This document shows positions 37,279-50,868 of a stretch of 64,000 nt of DNA, one piece after another. The DNA lies in contig NW_026515704.1 of assembly GCF_025526975.1 (NCBI RefSeq), forward strand, positions 186,001 through 250,000. Direction: 5' to 3'. The notes under the pieces are model-generated. The model worked only from the letters and a program-made list of their open reading frames with translations. It made no database searches and had not been told where the DNA came from. The stretch comes from Fimicolochytrium jonesii. Lineage: Eukaryota. Position 1 is the first letter of the stretch. Each line of letters begins with the position of its first letter. Made by a program: the position numbers and the translations under genes.

Positions 37279-37582
37279 TTCATATAGAGCGGGGGGAGAA
37301 GATGGCGCTCCGACCCTACTGCGAGACAGCCTGTCCTTGCGAGCGCAATACCTAGGTGTAGCCACGATACCTGTTTCGTTTGAGAGACGACTTGTTTAGA
37401 GACGTGGGACGACCGCTGGAACGTGGCTGGACGAAAGTGACAAAGACGTTCTCCACTTGCGGTCGTCAAATCGACGCGCCTTCCTCGTCTGCACTTGCCT
37501 GTCTGCGAAAAAGCAATTCGATAGGGACGGACAACCGACGGATAGAGTCTGAGGTAGCTCTATCACAACAGCAGGACGCACC

Positions 37583-38196
37583 ATGGGCCGGAAACAGACA
37601 TCGCAGGCAGCTTTGGAAGCATTACCCCTCCCCGGACCCAGCGCGCTGGTCGCAAAGATACTCAACAACAAGGGGGGAGGGAACTACGAAGTCGCATTAC
37701 CCAACACAGTCCACTCTGCAACAGTCTCCATGCCTCAAAAGTTCCGTAACGTCGTCTGGGTCAAGCGGGGTAAGCTGTGGTACATACCCGGTACGAGAGT
37801 TCATTTCGTTCCCTTGAAATAACATGACATGTTCGACTCTTAGGGAGTTATGTGCTGGTGGAGTTGGGAGGAGAAGAGTCGAGAGCTGCGAGAGTCGATG
37901 GGGAGATTCTTCACGTTTTGATGCCTGACCAGGTCAAGCATATCAAAAATCAGGGGCTATGGTAGCGTACTACGATATGGGGGCCGCATAGTCGGAAATA
38001 ATGTTTTATGGGGTCTGACCTTTCATCTTCCAGGCCGTCAGAGTTTATGGCAAATGGACACGCTTCTGGATCTCCGACGGCGGTAGAAGCAAGCAGGGAG
38101 GTACAGAGTGGTTCGGAAGACTCGGACAACGACGACGATCTGTTCGTCAATACGAACCGGAGAGTGGAGACGGACAACGAGTCTGATGACGAATAA
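37583..38196 (+). CDS. EIF1AD: eIF1A-domain (S1-like) RNA-binding protein; exons 37583-37769, 37844-37961, 38034-38196
   Basis: SMPQKFRNVVWVKRGSYVLV..GEI..L..GLWP; acidic tail with DLFVNTNR. Confidence 0.88.
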
Positions 38197-38580
38197 TCAG
38201 TAGGCGTACTTCGTAGAGTAGAATAGAGCCGTAGCATCCATATACGGAGGGGAACACGATGTTGCATGAACGAAGAACACACATTTTTGGGTCTGATCCG
38301 AATCTAACTTAAATCCCAAACATGGAAAGGTACAGCGAATAGAAAACTCAGAAGGAACCCAGAGGAATGTACAGTATATACACCCCAGGCAACTACCTTT
38401 TGGACCCGTATGATATATGCAGCGTCTGCTTGTTACAGCAACTGTCCTGCAAGTCCCAGTCCCGCTCAGGCGAGAAAAAGTCCTAACGCGTTGAATCGCC
38501 GGTTTATTACTCACGCGAGGGGTCTCTGGCTTTTCTCGCTCTTCCTCCTCTTCTGACCAAGAACACGCACGAAACGTACA

Positions 38581-40724
38581 ATGACGACCTCAAGTCTCGA
38601 GGGCCCTACAAACTTCTCCAACGACGGCAGGGACGTTCTGGAGCGGACTCTGGACCTGCCGGGGGCCTCCGCCGCCGTCGCCGCGTTGCTGTCCATCCCT
38701 TCGACGGACGACGCCAGCTTTGCGAACAACTACGATATCGACCGGACAGCGGAGTACATTGTGAAGAACAACTACCAGAAGGTATCTATCGTTGGCTTCT
38801 GCTACTTGACAGCCACCGGGGGAACGGCAACTTAGGGCGTCCCCTTGTCCCATACTAGATAGCGCTGCAATTCCCGGACGAACTGCTGGCCGACTCCTCC
38901 CGCGTCGCTTCACAACTGGAAAGTGTCACAGGTCGAACCTTCTATGTTCTGGCTGACACCACCTTCGGAAGGTTGGTGCCACAGTCTTTGAAACTCCCAG
39001 CAAGACGGGACTCCACTAACGCCTTGGGTTCCTACGTAGCTGCTGTGTGGACGAAATTGCGGCGGAGCACGTGTACTCCGACCTCGTCGTTCACTATGGT
39101 CGTACCTGCTTGAGCCCGTAAGTGAAACTCCCACGACTCCGGCCTAGATGCTCTGTTTCTTGACACTTTTTTTGTCACAGAACTTCGAGGATACCTGTGT
39201 TCTACGTGTTCCCGAAAGGCACCATAGATGTGTCGAACTGTGTTTCGCGTTTCGAAGAGCAGTTCGGTGCAGACAAAGCCCAACCGGTCCTGTTGGTTGC
39301 TGATGTCATGTATCAGCACTCTCTCGGTAAGAAAAAAGTAGGTCACATGTATAGCAACTACGATCTAGGGCTCACGGTATTTCTCTAGACGACATCAGCG
39401 AGCGTTGCCAAAGGGCTGGATTCCAATTCGTTACGCAGGCAACAATAGCCGAGGATGTGCAACGGGAGAGTGCAGCACTGGAAGGAGACATTCCCCCAGC
39501 TACTGTCGAAGAAACCTGTGCAGCCGATAGCACGTCCTGTTGCACGTCAACGGATGCATGCTCATCACCGGCGGTCGGGACTGGCTCATGTTGTGGGACG
39601 TCGGCGTCATGCCAAGCCCCACAGAGACGACCGCTTCCGACACCTGCACGGTTGTCTAAAATACATGAGATATCAGGACGCCAAATACACCTGAAGGAAG
39701 GAACGAAGATTGAGGATTACTCCATATTCTATGTTGGCCCAGAAAGTCTTACTCTCACCAACCTCGTCCTGACGCACCAAAGCAACAAGGTAAGTCCCGG
39801 TTGGGTCCAGTTGCAGTCGACATGTCGCCTCACCCTATTCGCTCTCTTAGATCATTTCATACGATCCGGCCACAAACTCGTCGTGTGATGAAGCCTCTCA
39901 ATCTCGACGCCTGCTTATGCGACGATACTTCATGGTGCAAAAGGCCAAAGATGCGGAAGTGATCGGGATCGTTGTGGGAACGCTAGGAGTTGGTAAGTGA
40001 GGTATCATGCCTATCTCGTTGCTTGGGGAAGTTCTTACGTCCTGGGTTTACAGCGCATTACCTCTCCGTGATCGGTCACATCAAGCGACTGATTATCGCC
40101 GCCGGCAAAAAGCCGTACATCCTCGCCGTTGGCAAGCCCAACATCGCCAAGCTTGCCAACTTTTTGGAGATTGATTGTTTCGTCCTAGTAGCGTGCCCAG
40201 AAAATTCGTTATTGGATTCGCGGGAGTTTTTGCGCCCTATTGTGACGCCATACGAGCTGGAGCTGGCCCTGGTCAGTTCGCGAGAGTGGACAGGCGCGTA
40301 CGAGACAAATCTCTCCGTCATCGCCCCGAGGCTGTTGGAAGGGGCAAATGAGCTCAGTGGAACATCGGGAGAAGCCGCGGATGGAAACGAGGCAGGAGAA
40401 GACAGCGATGACGAGCCTTACTTCTCGCTCGTCACGGGAACATACAAGCAGAAGGGGCGCGCTGGTGCGGGAGCACGGGCAGACGAAGGCGACTCAGGCC
40501 TGGGTAACTCTCTCGGTCAATTGACCTTACGGAACGGGGACTCCACGCTAGCGACGCTCTCCTCCAATTCTGCCGGAGCAAACTACCTGAACGAGAAACG
40601 GACATTCCGCGGCCTGGAGCCCGAAATCGGAAACACCAAGGTCTCCAAGGCTGTGGAGGGGAGGAGTGGGATCGCACGCGGATACAGCCATGAAGCTGGA
40701 AAACAGGAGCAATTGAAGGAGTGA
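38581..40724 (+). CDS. DPH2: Diphthamide biosynthesis protein 2, multi-exon
   Basis: [81 protein letters not shown]. Confidence 0.93.
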
Positions 40725-40853
40725 ACAGCGGCTTATAGCGTAGCGCATTAGATAGTTTGCACCACGTAATGAACTGTAGGGTATGTAGAGCATATTAAGT
40801 TATGTACAAGTGGGACCGGCGGGTGGTGGCTCGCACCCCGCTCTCGGCTCGTT

Positions 40854-43800
40854 TTATGGCGGTGTTGCCGTCGGCGCTGATAACGGTAATGGCGGTAATT
40901 TGCCTGTACTTAGATTTGAAAACGATTTCGAACTTTTGGATTGCTGAAACGAAGGAGAAAAGCATCAGTTCACTATGCAACCCTGTAACATCTCCCTTGT
41001 GCAGTAGGCGCCCGCACCTTGTTGAATGGTTGCATGAACCCCACTATCGGTGTTTTATTGAATATCTTGTTGAAGTTGGCTTCGCGGTTGTTTAGCTCCA
41101 ACTTGAAGTAATCCACTTCCTCCTACACAACACAGAAATGCTTGAGCACGATGTGGCGCATGAACCACAGAAGCAAAACGGTGCCCCACCATCAGAGCAG
41201 CAATAATTTGCTTTCCCTGATCAAGCCGCTCCTCTAGCTCGTTTATCTGCTTCAAATCAACATCTCGCGGTTCGCGGTTGATGTATTTGATATCTGCATC
41301 GTCCAGTCTGACGGCAAATCAATGAGCATCGCAGAACTAAGGACCACTAGCGAGGGGAACAAGATACACGTACTTTTTCGCCTGAGCAGCCAGTTGCCGC
41401 TTGAAAAACGCCTGCGCCTCCTCAAAATCTCCCAGCATCTGCCGTTGTTCCTCGAGGTGGGTGGCGTTGTTAGCGTCCAAGTCTTGTTTGGCTTGATCCA
41501 GCAGATCGCGCTTGAGAATCTCGAGGCGGGTTATCATTTCGTCTCTGTTCGTGCATGGGTGAGTTGGAGATGGGAACAAGGAAATGGGGGAGACTGGCTT
41601 GAACGAACCGTAGAGCGGAGATCTCGTCGATTTTGTCTTTGAGGGACTCTTCCAGCTCGGCTTTGATCGTTTCAAGATCCGTTATTTGCAGTTCCATCTC
41701 CTCCTGGCGTGTCTGTCCACACGTTTGAGTGAGGTGAGTGTGATCCAAACCCCGCAACAGGAGTAAAGCAAACATCTCGTCACCTTCAAGCCATTGACCT
41801 CCACCACAAGTTTCTCGATGAGCGCGTTCGTCTCTTTGACATCCGCATCATGCTCCTTAATCATTTTATCGACTTCAGCATCGTGGGCTTCCTTCATTAT
41901 TTTCAGCGCCTCGGCTTTCTGCGCTCGTAGCTTGTGATCAAGCTCGGCGTAGCGTGTGTCTGTTTCGGCCCGGAGTTGCGCGAGGGCGGCCGCGCCTGCT
42001 GCTTCTGCTTCCTAGTTCAGGAAGGAAGCATCAGCCTATCAGGAGCTAGTATTGTTTGTTTTCAAATATGATCCTACCTTTTTGGCAGTAACAGAAGACT
42101 TCGAGAAAAACGTTCTCAAATCGTCCATCCGCTTCTGATGCGCCGCATTCATCTCCTGCTTCTCTGTCTGCATCTTTTTCTCCAGCTGGGACATGGCGAT
42201 GGTGGATGCCACTTTGAGCTGCGTCTCGCGCGCTGTGGTTTCAGCTTGCCATTGTTTGCGCGCTTCTTCGATACTGGTGTGCGTGTGGTTGGCGAGGTTT
42301 TTGAGTTCTGCGTCGTGTTCCTAGTTTTCGAGACACGGTAAGTCAGGGCAAGGGTGGACGTCCGGATGATCGCATATGATATCGTACCCGTTGCTTCTCC
42401 TCCAATTGAGCTAGAAGATCATCTTTCTCTGCATTCAGCACTTTCGCTTCCTTCTCCCCGGCGCTGATCAGCTTTTGCAGCTTGGCGATCTCTTTCTGAT
42501 GCGTGATGCGGATGGCTTGTACTTGGGATTCATACTCGGCTTCTCGTCTTGCTAGGACGGCCTAAAGCAAGGTATGTGTCAGCACAGCCGTCTAGGGTGG
42601 TGTGCAGCCAGCGCTGCGAAGAATATTGCAGAGCGATCCTCACCTTTAACACCCTATCGTGGTCTTCGGCGAGGTTGTCTGAGGTCATTTGCAAATCTCT
42701 CGCTAGTTTGTCCTGCCTTCAACATGTTGTGAGCTCCAAACTGACACCATGGTGAGGTACCCACTGCATCTCACTCGTACCACTCATCATGGGCATCCGC
42801 AAGATCCTTCTCATGTTTGTTCTGCATCTCCGTCACCACCGTTTTTTCTAGATGCTGCATCTTCTGTATCAGGTCTGCTTTGTCGATTTCGAGCTTGCAA
42901 ATGTTGTTGTCGAGTTGCTGTATGGTGACGGAAGAAAGATGCCACATTAGCGTTGGGCGACTTGATGCTTACTCGTATGCCCATACCTCTATCTTGTCAG
43001 TCTGCTTCTCGCATTCCACCTTCTTGGCTTCGAATTGGGCGGCCAGATCTGCAAGCTTGATTTCGAGAATAGTGATGGTCTGGGTATGCTCCGCAATTGT
43101 TGACTAGTGATTGAAGGCCTAATATGAATCACTGTTTCCATGGAATTGCTGTGAAAGGGTAACCCACCTGAAGAGATTTCTTAGCTGCCTCCCATTCCTC
43201 CTCTTTCTGAGCCATCAAAGCTTGCTGCTCGTCAAGCTGTTTCCGGAAGGCGGTCCTTTCCTGCATTCAAGGTCGCGGGAGTCAGAATGTCGCTAGAGGG
43301 AAAGCTCATGCGAGGATGCCCTAACCTGTTCTCTTGCCAAGCTCGTCTCCCGCTCGAATTTGATCATTTCCGACTGCAAAGCCGTAATCTCCATATGTCG
43401 TTGAGCATCCATCTCCGCTTTCTGGTCGGCGAGCGACGATGCCAGCGTCTGCCGATCACAGAACGAAGCGCAAAAAAGATCAGTGATATGACTCTCCGAT
43501 TCCAAACGAACACTCCGACTCACCTCCTTGTGAAGTACGCTCGCCTCAAACATCTGCTGCTTGGCTTCAGCAAGGTTGCGAGCTGGTCTAGAAGTGATCA
43601 GCAAATGAAGGGAACATTGTGAACAGTTCAAGGACACCATTGTACACACCTAGCTTCCCACGGGCTTCTTCGCATTCGCCATACTGCTCCTCCAGCATTT
43701 GGATTGTTGCCTTAGCGTCATCGAGGGCACTGCCAATATTTGGTGAGTATCACAACTTCGATAATGGCGCGCCACATGCATACGTACGTGGTGGTCTCCT

Positions 43801-45573
43801 GAAGCCGGTCCGCTAGCGCACTGCGCTCCATGAGTAGTTGTGCTGTGGCCGTTGTCTGATCTCGCAAGTCTTTCGCTTGAAGGCCGACCGAGTCATTGAG
43901 GGCTTTCATTTGATCATCTGCGAAACAAACAGGTGTTTCAGTCAGATCGACATGTAACATCGTGGTATCATATGCAACAACACCAACCTGAGATCTTCAG
44001 CTTCTTTTGCAGATCTAATACTTCCTGAATGCGTGCGGAGATATTGTAAGGAGAGGCATCTGAGTATTGACCCTTGTATCGTCATGGCAGAGGTCTGATT
44101 TACTTGATTCAGGAGTGCGATCTGCTCTTTCGACTGATCCACCGCCGTTTCACTCCCTTTAAGCATTTCTACAGTCCGATCATGATTGCGCTGCAGCTCA
44201 GCACATTGCTCTGTCTTCCTGGATATGATATGTTGAGCATCAGGCTTCCATACGAGGTTACCGACACCGTTGGACTACCTTTGCAAGTTGGCGGTGGCAT
44301 TAGAAAGATCGCGCTGGCACTCTACCAGTCGAGCATGTTCCTGAGGGTAAGGCGATTAGCATGGCTTGTGGTAGGCTGTTGAAGCCAGAGCACTACATAC
44401 CGCCTCGAACTGTGACGCAAGCGTAGACTGAGTGGTATCAAGTTGCACTTTGAACTGCTCCTCGACGTCGCGCAATTGGGATTTGAGTGCTTCCATCTCT
44501 TGATGGAACTGCTCCGCTTGTTGCTCTGCCTGGACGCGGTGGGCTTTAGGTGTAAGGCTCGGAACCGCCGACCGCTCGGATCTAGCAGTACTCACCTCAG
44601 CCTTCGCAGCCGCGGCTGCCGCTTCCAACTCCTGCTGGAACGCCGCTCGCTCCTTCTCAAAGGTGTTTTTACTTTCTTCCTGGAAATTTGACAACTCTTG
44701 CGACTGGATACCATAATATAGCGTCAATCGCATGAGTATCCGAATGACGTGCACAATGCTCCTTACCGCATGCAAAGCATCACGCTTGACGCTTGTGAGT
44801 TTGTTTTGCAGCTCTGTGCCTTGTTCTTCAGATCTCCTCTTGATCTCATCTTTCGCTGCGGTGAGTTCGGCTATCGATTTCTTCTGCGCCGCTATCGTCT
44901 GAGCCATTGTTCGCATTTCCTTTTGCATATCGCCAATGTCTCCTTGCTTCTTCCTTCAATAAAACTGAGTAAAGAGCCTATTCTCCTCTGCTCATCAGTC
45001 TGCGATGAGACTCACTCTGCAAGGAGGGCAACTTCTGCTTCGAGCGACTCCGCATGATGTTTTTGATCCTCCAGCTCGGCCAGCAGCTTCGTCACCTTTG
45101 TCTCATTCCCCTATACAGCAACATGCGTGTCAGACGCTCGCCAGCATTGCTATGATGCACATATCACATACTTCGATGATCTCGTCCTTTGCCTTCACCC
45201 GAGTTTCGCTGTCTTCCAACAAGAGAGTTACATTGCTTATCCTAGTTCGGCCGTCGGATATCACCTAGAACAGCATACTTGAGCATTCATCCTTGATGGT
45301 AACGAACGCAAAACGCACCTCCTGGATCTCATCCTCATAAGCTTCGGCCAAACTATGTATTTCGACGGTCTGATCTTCATTCTTCGTGTTAAGATAGTAG
45401 ATCACTTTCGTCAATTGAGCGATCTTTTTCGATAGCTTATATATGATCTCCGCTGGTGGTGGGGTAGCTAAATCCGCCTTTGGTGGAGACAGACTGCCCC
45501 GAGACGAGTATGGGGAGGGTGCTTCACTCTTCAGGGTTTTGCTTTTCCGAAGCGAACTCCGACTTGCGTTCAT
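40854..45573 (-). CDS. FAM184: FAM184A/B-family long coiled-coil protein, many exons
   Basis: N-terminal KLSKKIAQLTKVIYYLNTKNED..AYEDEI and C-terminal YINREPR..FKLELNNREANFNKIF signatures; heptad-rich exons between. Confidence 0.85.
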
Positions 45574-45881
45574 GACGGATGGAAACGGCGATGCTAAGAC
45601 ACGGCAAATTCCTTCTTGAAATCAACAGGCGATCGATGCTTTGCACGCTGAAAATCGATTTATCATCATGTGGTAGGCAGACTCTTGATTCGACCTCTCC
45701 CTCCTCCTATTGCTCTTGATCTTCGATTGGCGGAATGCTGTTAGTCCAAAGCGAGTTGCGCTGTCGTTTTCGCTATGTCACAGACGCGCTGGCTGGTTTG
45801 GTGCGACTTCGCTCTGGGAACGATTTCAGACTTCCTGCACGAGCGGCAAACTAGGCTCTCCGCCATCTTCTAACGATCACC

Positions 45882-48800
45882 ATGGCCGAGAGCAAGAGGG
45901 TCACTGTGACATATTCCCACGGAGCGGATGCCGACGAGACGACGGCGGCTATTGCCTTTGTGGATGAGCTTCAGTCAAAGCTACCGCTTCGCAATGTAGG
46001 CTGGCAGAACCCGCTCGGCAGAGGGGCAACGAGGCCGCCAAGGGTCATTGATGCTTTGGAGATCGACGTCAAACGATATCATGCGGATATGTTCCCACGC
46101 GTAATGCCGGGAACGCTTTATCATAGCCCTTATTTCCTTCACTTGTATCTAGTGGCGACAGATGTATGTAAAAGCGTCTCGCACTGTCAATATATGACGT
46201 TGGGAGTTCGGGTTGCTCAAATGCCGTATTGCTCAAACAGGAGACTGAGGCATATAAGGCGAATATCAGAAAATCGATACAAGAATGGCTGAATGTTGTT
46301 GCCAATAAGAAAAACCAAGAGTGGCTGATTGTATATCTGAACAACCCTGATGCGAAAGGCAAATCTGCTCGTTTCCTTGGTGTGGGAGCGACAACGGTGT
46401 ATGATAAGATCAAATCCGATTTCAACTTCAAGAAGGAACGGTAGGTGAAGCTCCACCGAACTCTGAATACGGGTCCTCTGGCTCACACTGACAATTCGCC
46501 AGCTGCATCCGAATGAAGTTATACAACGACCCCCAGAGGGACACCGAGGCGTGGGCGGAAATGCAAAACCATCTGAAAGAGGGGATTCTCAGCAGTTTGA
46601 ACCAACAGATCGTGCAATACGACGAGGATACCCGCAGAATAGACCAGCAGAGATTGATTCCAGGGTGGAACTATTGCAATTACTTTGTTATGAAGGTTGG
46701 GAGGTGGACGAATCCCGATCGACAATAGATCTAAGACTAACGAAAGTATGTGCAGGAAGGTCTTGCTTACACCTTCGAGTTCATGAATCTCTTAGATGAG
46801 GCGCTCGTTCAATACGATGAATTGGAGGCTTCCTTCTTTCAAACACTTTCTGGTAAGGATTGGCTATCATTCTCTTCAGGTGACTCCTTCTGACGCTGCA
46901 GCTCGTCGCAGAGCAGGGTGCTCCATGGTTTGCAAACATCGGTGGAACCGAGGCCGGAGACGATAGCGGAGACATCCTGAACCTGCAAAGGAAGCCCTAT
47001 AGAGACAGGATTATGCAGAACACCGTCTCGATCTTTGATTTCCGGATATACCTTTTCGCTCGACAATGTCAGTTGCTGTTCCGGTTACGCAACGCGAACG
47101 CCGTTGGAGAGCGCGCGAAAGCCTTCATTGTACAGATGGCGAAATCGCTGAGGGAAAACGAGGTGCGCCTATGTCGAGCACTTGACTTTTGCTGATGAGG
47201 TTTGTACTGATCTCGATTCCCAGGTTTCCTTGTACCCATATTTCCGCAAAGTATGGGTATATTTTGCATGCATCAGCGTAGTTCGCCATTGCGACGAAGT
47301 GATGGCGATGCTTTCGCAAACTGCTGATGCAATGGCCGCTTATGATGGGGTGAAAGCGGATCTGCTGGAGATTGCTCGAACACAGGTACTTTCAGATTGC
47401 GTGAGCGTACTTCACTTCATCTGTGCTGACAGCACGTAGCTCCAAGCTCTTGGCGCCGCGTGCGGCGTGTACGAAGAAATGTTTGTTCCAACGGAAGACG
47501 CTGCAGCTGCACCCGTTGGTGACACCACCGCGTTGGTATCGGCGTTGTCAAATGCCGAACTGCAAAATGCTCTGTCCTCAACAGTTGCGTTTGACGAGCT
47601 ATATTTGGTGAGTCTTGGAATGAAACCTTGTCTCGGAATGTTTCTTTGGCTAAAAAGCCCACGCAGAAAATGATCGCACGTATCATCAGCAGCTGCGAGA
47701 ACCGTGGACGGTATCGCATCAACAGGATGCTGAAAGCAGAACTCGCACACATCCATTAGTAAGTTACGCGCCTCTCGACCCAGATGTTGCTACAAGATAA
47801 AGCATTGACCTGATTCATAGCTCTCGAGGTCGTATCCCGGAAGCTGCCAGCCTCTGGGAGTCCTTGACGGGCCGTCCCACGGATGAGAACTGGCCACTTA
47901 TCGATGATCTGTTTACAAGCAAGATGGCGACGTGCTGGCAAAAGTTACAAAATCATGAAAAGTATTTGCAGTCATGCATATATCTTCTCAGCAACTCTCG
48001 CACTATGTCTGCAGAAAGGAAGCAGCATTATTCAACGGAATTGCTTGTAACCGTCAAGGCTCTCACTCAAGGTACGCGCGTATGGCGACGCTCCCTTGGC
48101 ATTTAAAGCTAACTCCTTCGCCATAGCCTTCATTGTCCGGAACTGTACCATCTTAGGAGTCAAAGTTATGATCATCGTCAACAGCGTGGCTGATGACGAG
48201 GGAGCAACAGCCGAGATCTCCTTGCAAAATGGCCTGGAGCAGGTATGTTCCTTTTTGTAGCATGCTCCCCTCCATTGATCTCACCTTAATCCGCGTTCAA
48301 ACAGGAGTTTGCCCTGGACGATGTAACCATGCGCTTAACAAGCACCGAGGGAAAGGACTACATTTTCACAAATCGTGGAGTAGCGATTGGTCCAGATTCA
48401 GCGGTCATTGCTCTTGCCGGCGAGGTACGCGATGAGTTCCCTGTATCCACGTCGTACCAGTTGCTGATTAGTCGTCAATTTTCAGAAGATTTCAATGTCC
48501 GGTACCTACTCCGCAACGCGGCTGGCCCTGCGTCTAGGCAAGCTAGATCTTGTTTATGACAATCTGGGGGCGTTCAACATATCCGGAAGCCCCTTACCGC
48601 TCCGTGTCACCGCCGGCTTAGCAGACCAAGGTGAGAACCGGGCTCAACGGGAAGACAATGATCCTAGAAGGCTGATACACCTCTCAAGCGTCCATCGGCG
48701 ACAGTCGGAGCAACTTGCAAGTAAAAGTGTTTACATCCAGTCACTCGATACAGCAAGGAACGCTCTCGATTAGCTCTCCGACGCTGTTGACGTTTCCGGC

Positions 48801-50636
48801 AGTCAAGACCGTGTCGTTCCGGATTACGTCGGATACCGGTATGTAGACCAATGTCAGAAACGCATGGACACGAGGTCGCTCAAACCTGCTTTCCAGATGG
48901 ACAGTCGCACAACAAAGAGTGCTCGATCGATGCCTTAGATAACAAGATCGTGCTGCCAGCCACGGGCGCCCATGAGGTCATCACGTTTCTGATACCGTAC
49001 AATGATCAACTAAGCGGACAGTCCCTAGACCATGCGGTAAGCTCACCAGCTCCCTAGTTGCCAGACGTAAGCATACATCTTACCTGATTTCAGATCAAAT
49101 TCGTGATAGATTATACAAGCCAAGATGGAAAGCATTACCTCGCCTCTCTCTTAGAAACGCCCAAACTCAAGTTGCCGCTATCGATTTCCCACGAAGTTAG
49201 TCATAATCCCGTGAGGTACGTTTCAAACGCTCCTTGGGAAAAGATCGTACCAGCTTTTCGTCACCTGACTTGTGTCACAGCGCTCTGTTGCAGTATACCC
49301 TGACTGGTCGCAATAACTCGCCAATACGGCTGTTGGATGTTGGTCTCAGCAGTAGTTCGCTTATGAGAGCGGAATCGTGCTTCAGTAAAGACGAGAGGGT
49401 GAGTAGTTGTTCACTTTCCCTCCAACGACCTCATAGTGACATATGGTTGGCGGCCCGGTAGCTGGTCTTTGAGCAGCAAGAGGTTCCTCTTGTCTACAAG
49501 CTGCAGACAGGAGTGGTGCCAGAAGGTACGTACGGTGCTTTACATCGGTAGCAGTGGTGGAGATTGTTCTTACTTTTCAAAGCAGGGAGACAAGGATCGT
49601 TCAATGAAGCGGTCGACAAAAAGGCGCAATTGACGATATCCTACTGCTATCTATCTGAAGGTATGGTCCATTTCCGCCTTTCAAAGTTAGGAGACTTCTG
49701 ACTCGCACCTTGTCACCAGAGATGGAAGCGTATCTCCTATCCCGAATGGACGAAATGCTCACCACAGCCGGCATGAACCGCTATTCCGGTTGCCTAAACT
49801 ATTATGTGCGAGAAACCGTCCTTCCTAAGTTGGATTTTATTCATTATGCGGTACACGACACCGTTGCGATTCCTGCACTGGATGCGGAAGCGCTGCAGAC
49901 ACTTTTACCCTGCGAGAGGCCTGAAATTGCGAAGCAGCTTGTCAGTTTCATGAAAGGATATCATGAGGTTGGTTGCTTTGCATTCTATTGCGGCCACTAG
50001 GAACTGACGTGCTCAGCGGCACTTAGGCTTTGCAAGCTATTTCCGGTCAAGATGTGCGAGAGCGCGCGTCAGGGTCCGTTCGGAAGCTCCTGCATAACGC
50101 TGAGATCAACTTATGCAAGGTTGGTCTTAATCCTACAACGCGCTTTCCTCGGAATCAAATCAGACTAACAGCACCCCATCGCAGATCCTCGTCGGAGCGA
50201 AAGTCGTGCCTGCCATCGCTGGGAATGGGAACAAGTCACTCACTGTCGGCGAGGCAATGCAATGTCAGCTCATCATCGAAACATCAAAGTGGGACAGTTC
50301 GTTATCGACCATCACAGGTCACTATGAGGTTTCAGCCGACTACGAGTCATGGATGTTCGCGGGAAAGAAGAAGGAATCTCTTTCTCTCGATGTAAGTGAA
50401 TGTCAATACTCGTGGCACTTGCGGTAGAGAGGCTGAAAGAGGATAACGCTTAGGCGAAAACATCGAGCATTTTCGAGTTCACGGTTGTCCCAACGCGAAC
50501 GGGATACCTTCCCCTCCCCGCGGTCAGCATACAGACAAGTGAAAGCGGCGTTGCGCTGTTCTACCCAAATCGGTCGCGTGGGATTATTGTGAAGCCTCCA
50601 ACATCCGTCTCCCACGAGGTCTTTTTTGAAACTTAG
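45882..50636 (+). CDS. TRS130: TRAPP II complex subunit TRAPPC10, many exons
   Basis: LPLRNVGW, YFLHLYLV, DKIKSDF, QRLIPGWNYCNYFVMKEGLA..DEALVQYDELEA, SIFDFRIYLFARQ, C-terminal WMFAGKK..GYLPLP. Confidence 0.9.
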
Positions 50637-50868
50637 GTGTTAAGACTGGGCAGTGTACTTGTATCTATCATAGCAATATATACTCCGTCGACGGAGCTCA
50701 CACAGACGCTACCAGGCGTTTTGAGGAGCCTCCCAGAAGACTGTGAAAAGACACAACAACGTGCAAAATGCCTCATGAAGTGTCGATGTTGAGTATTGCA
50801 ATATATGATACGAATGAGATTCTGAGAAAGTCGAAGGCTAAAGAGCCCACCAGCATCCAACTCTCCAA

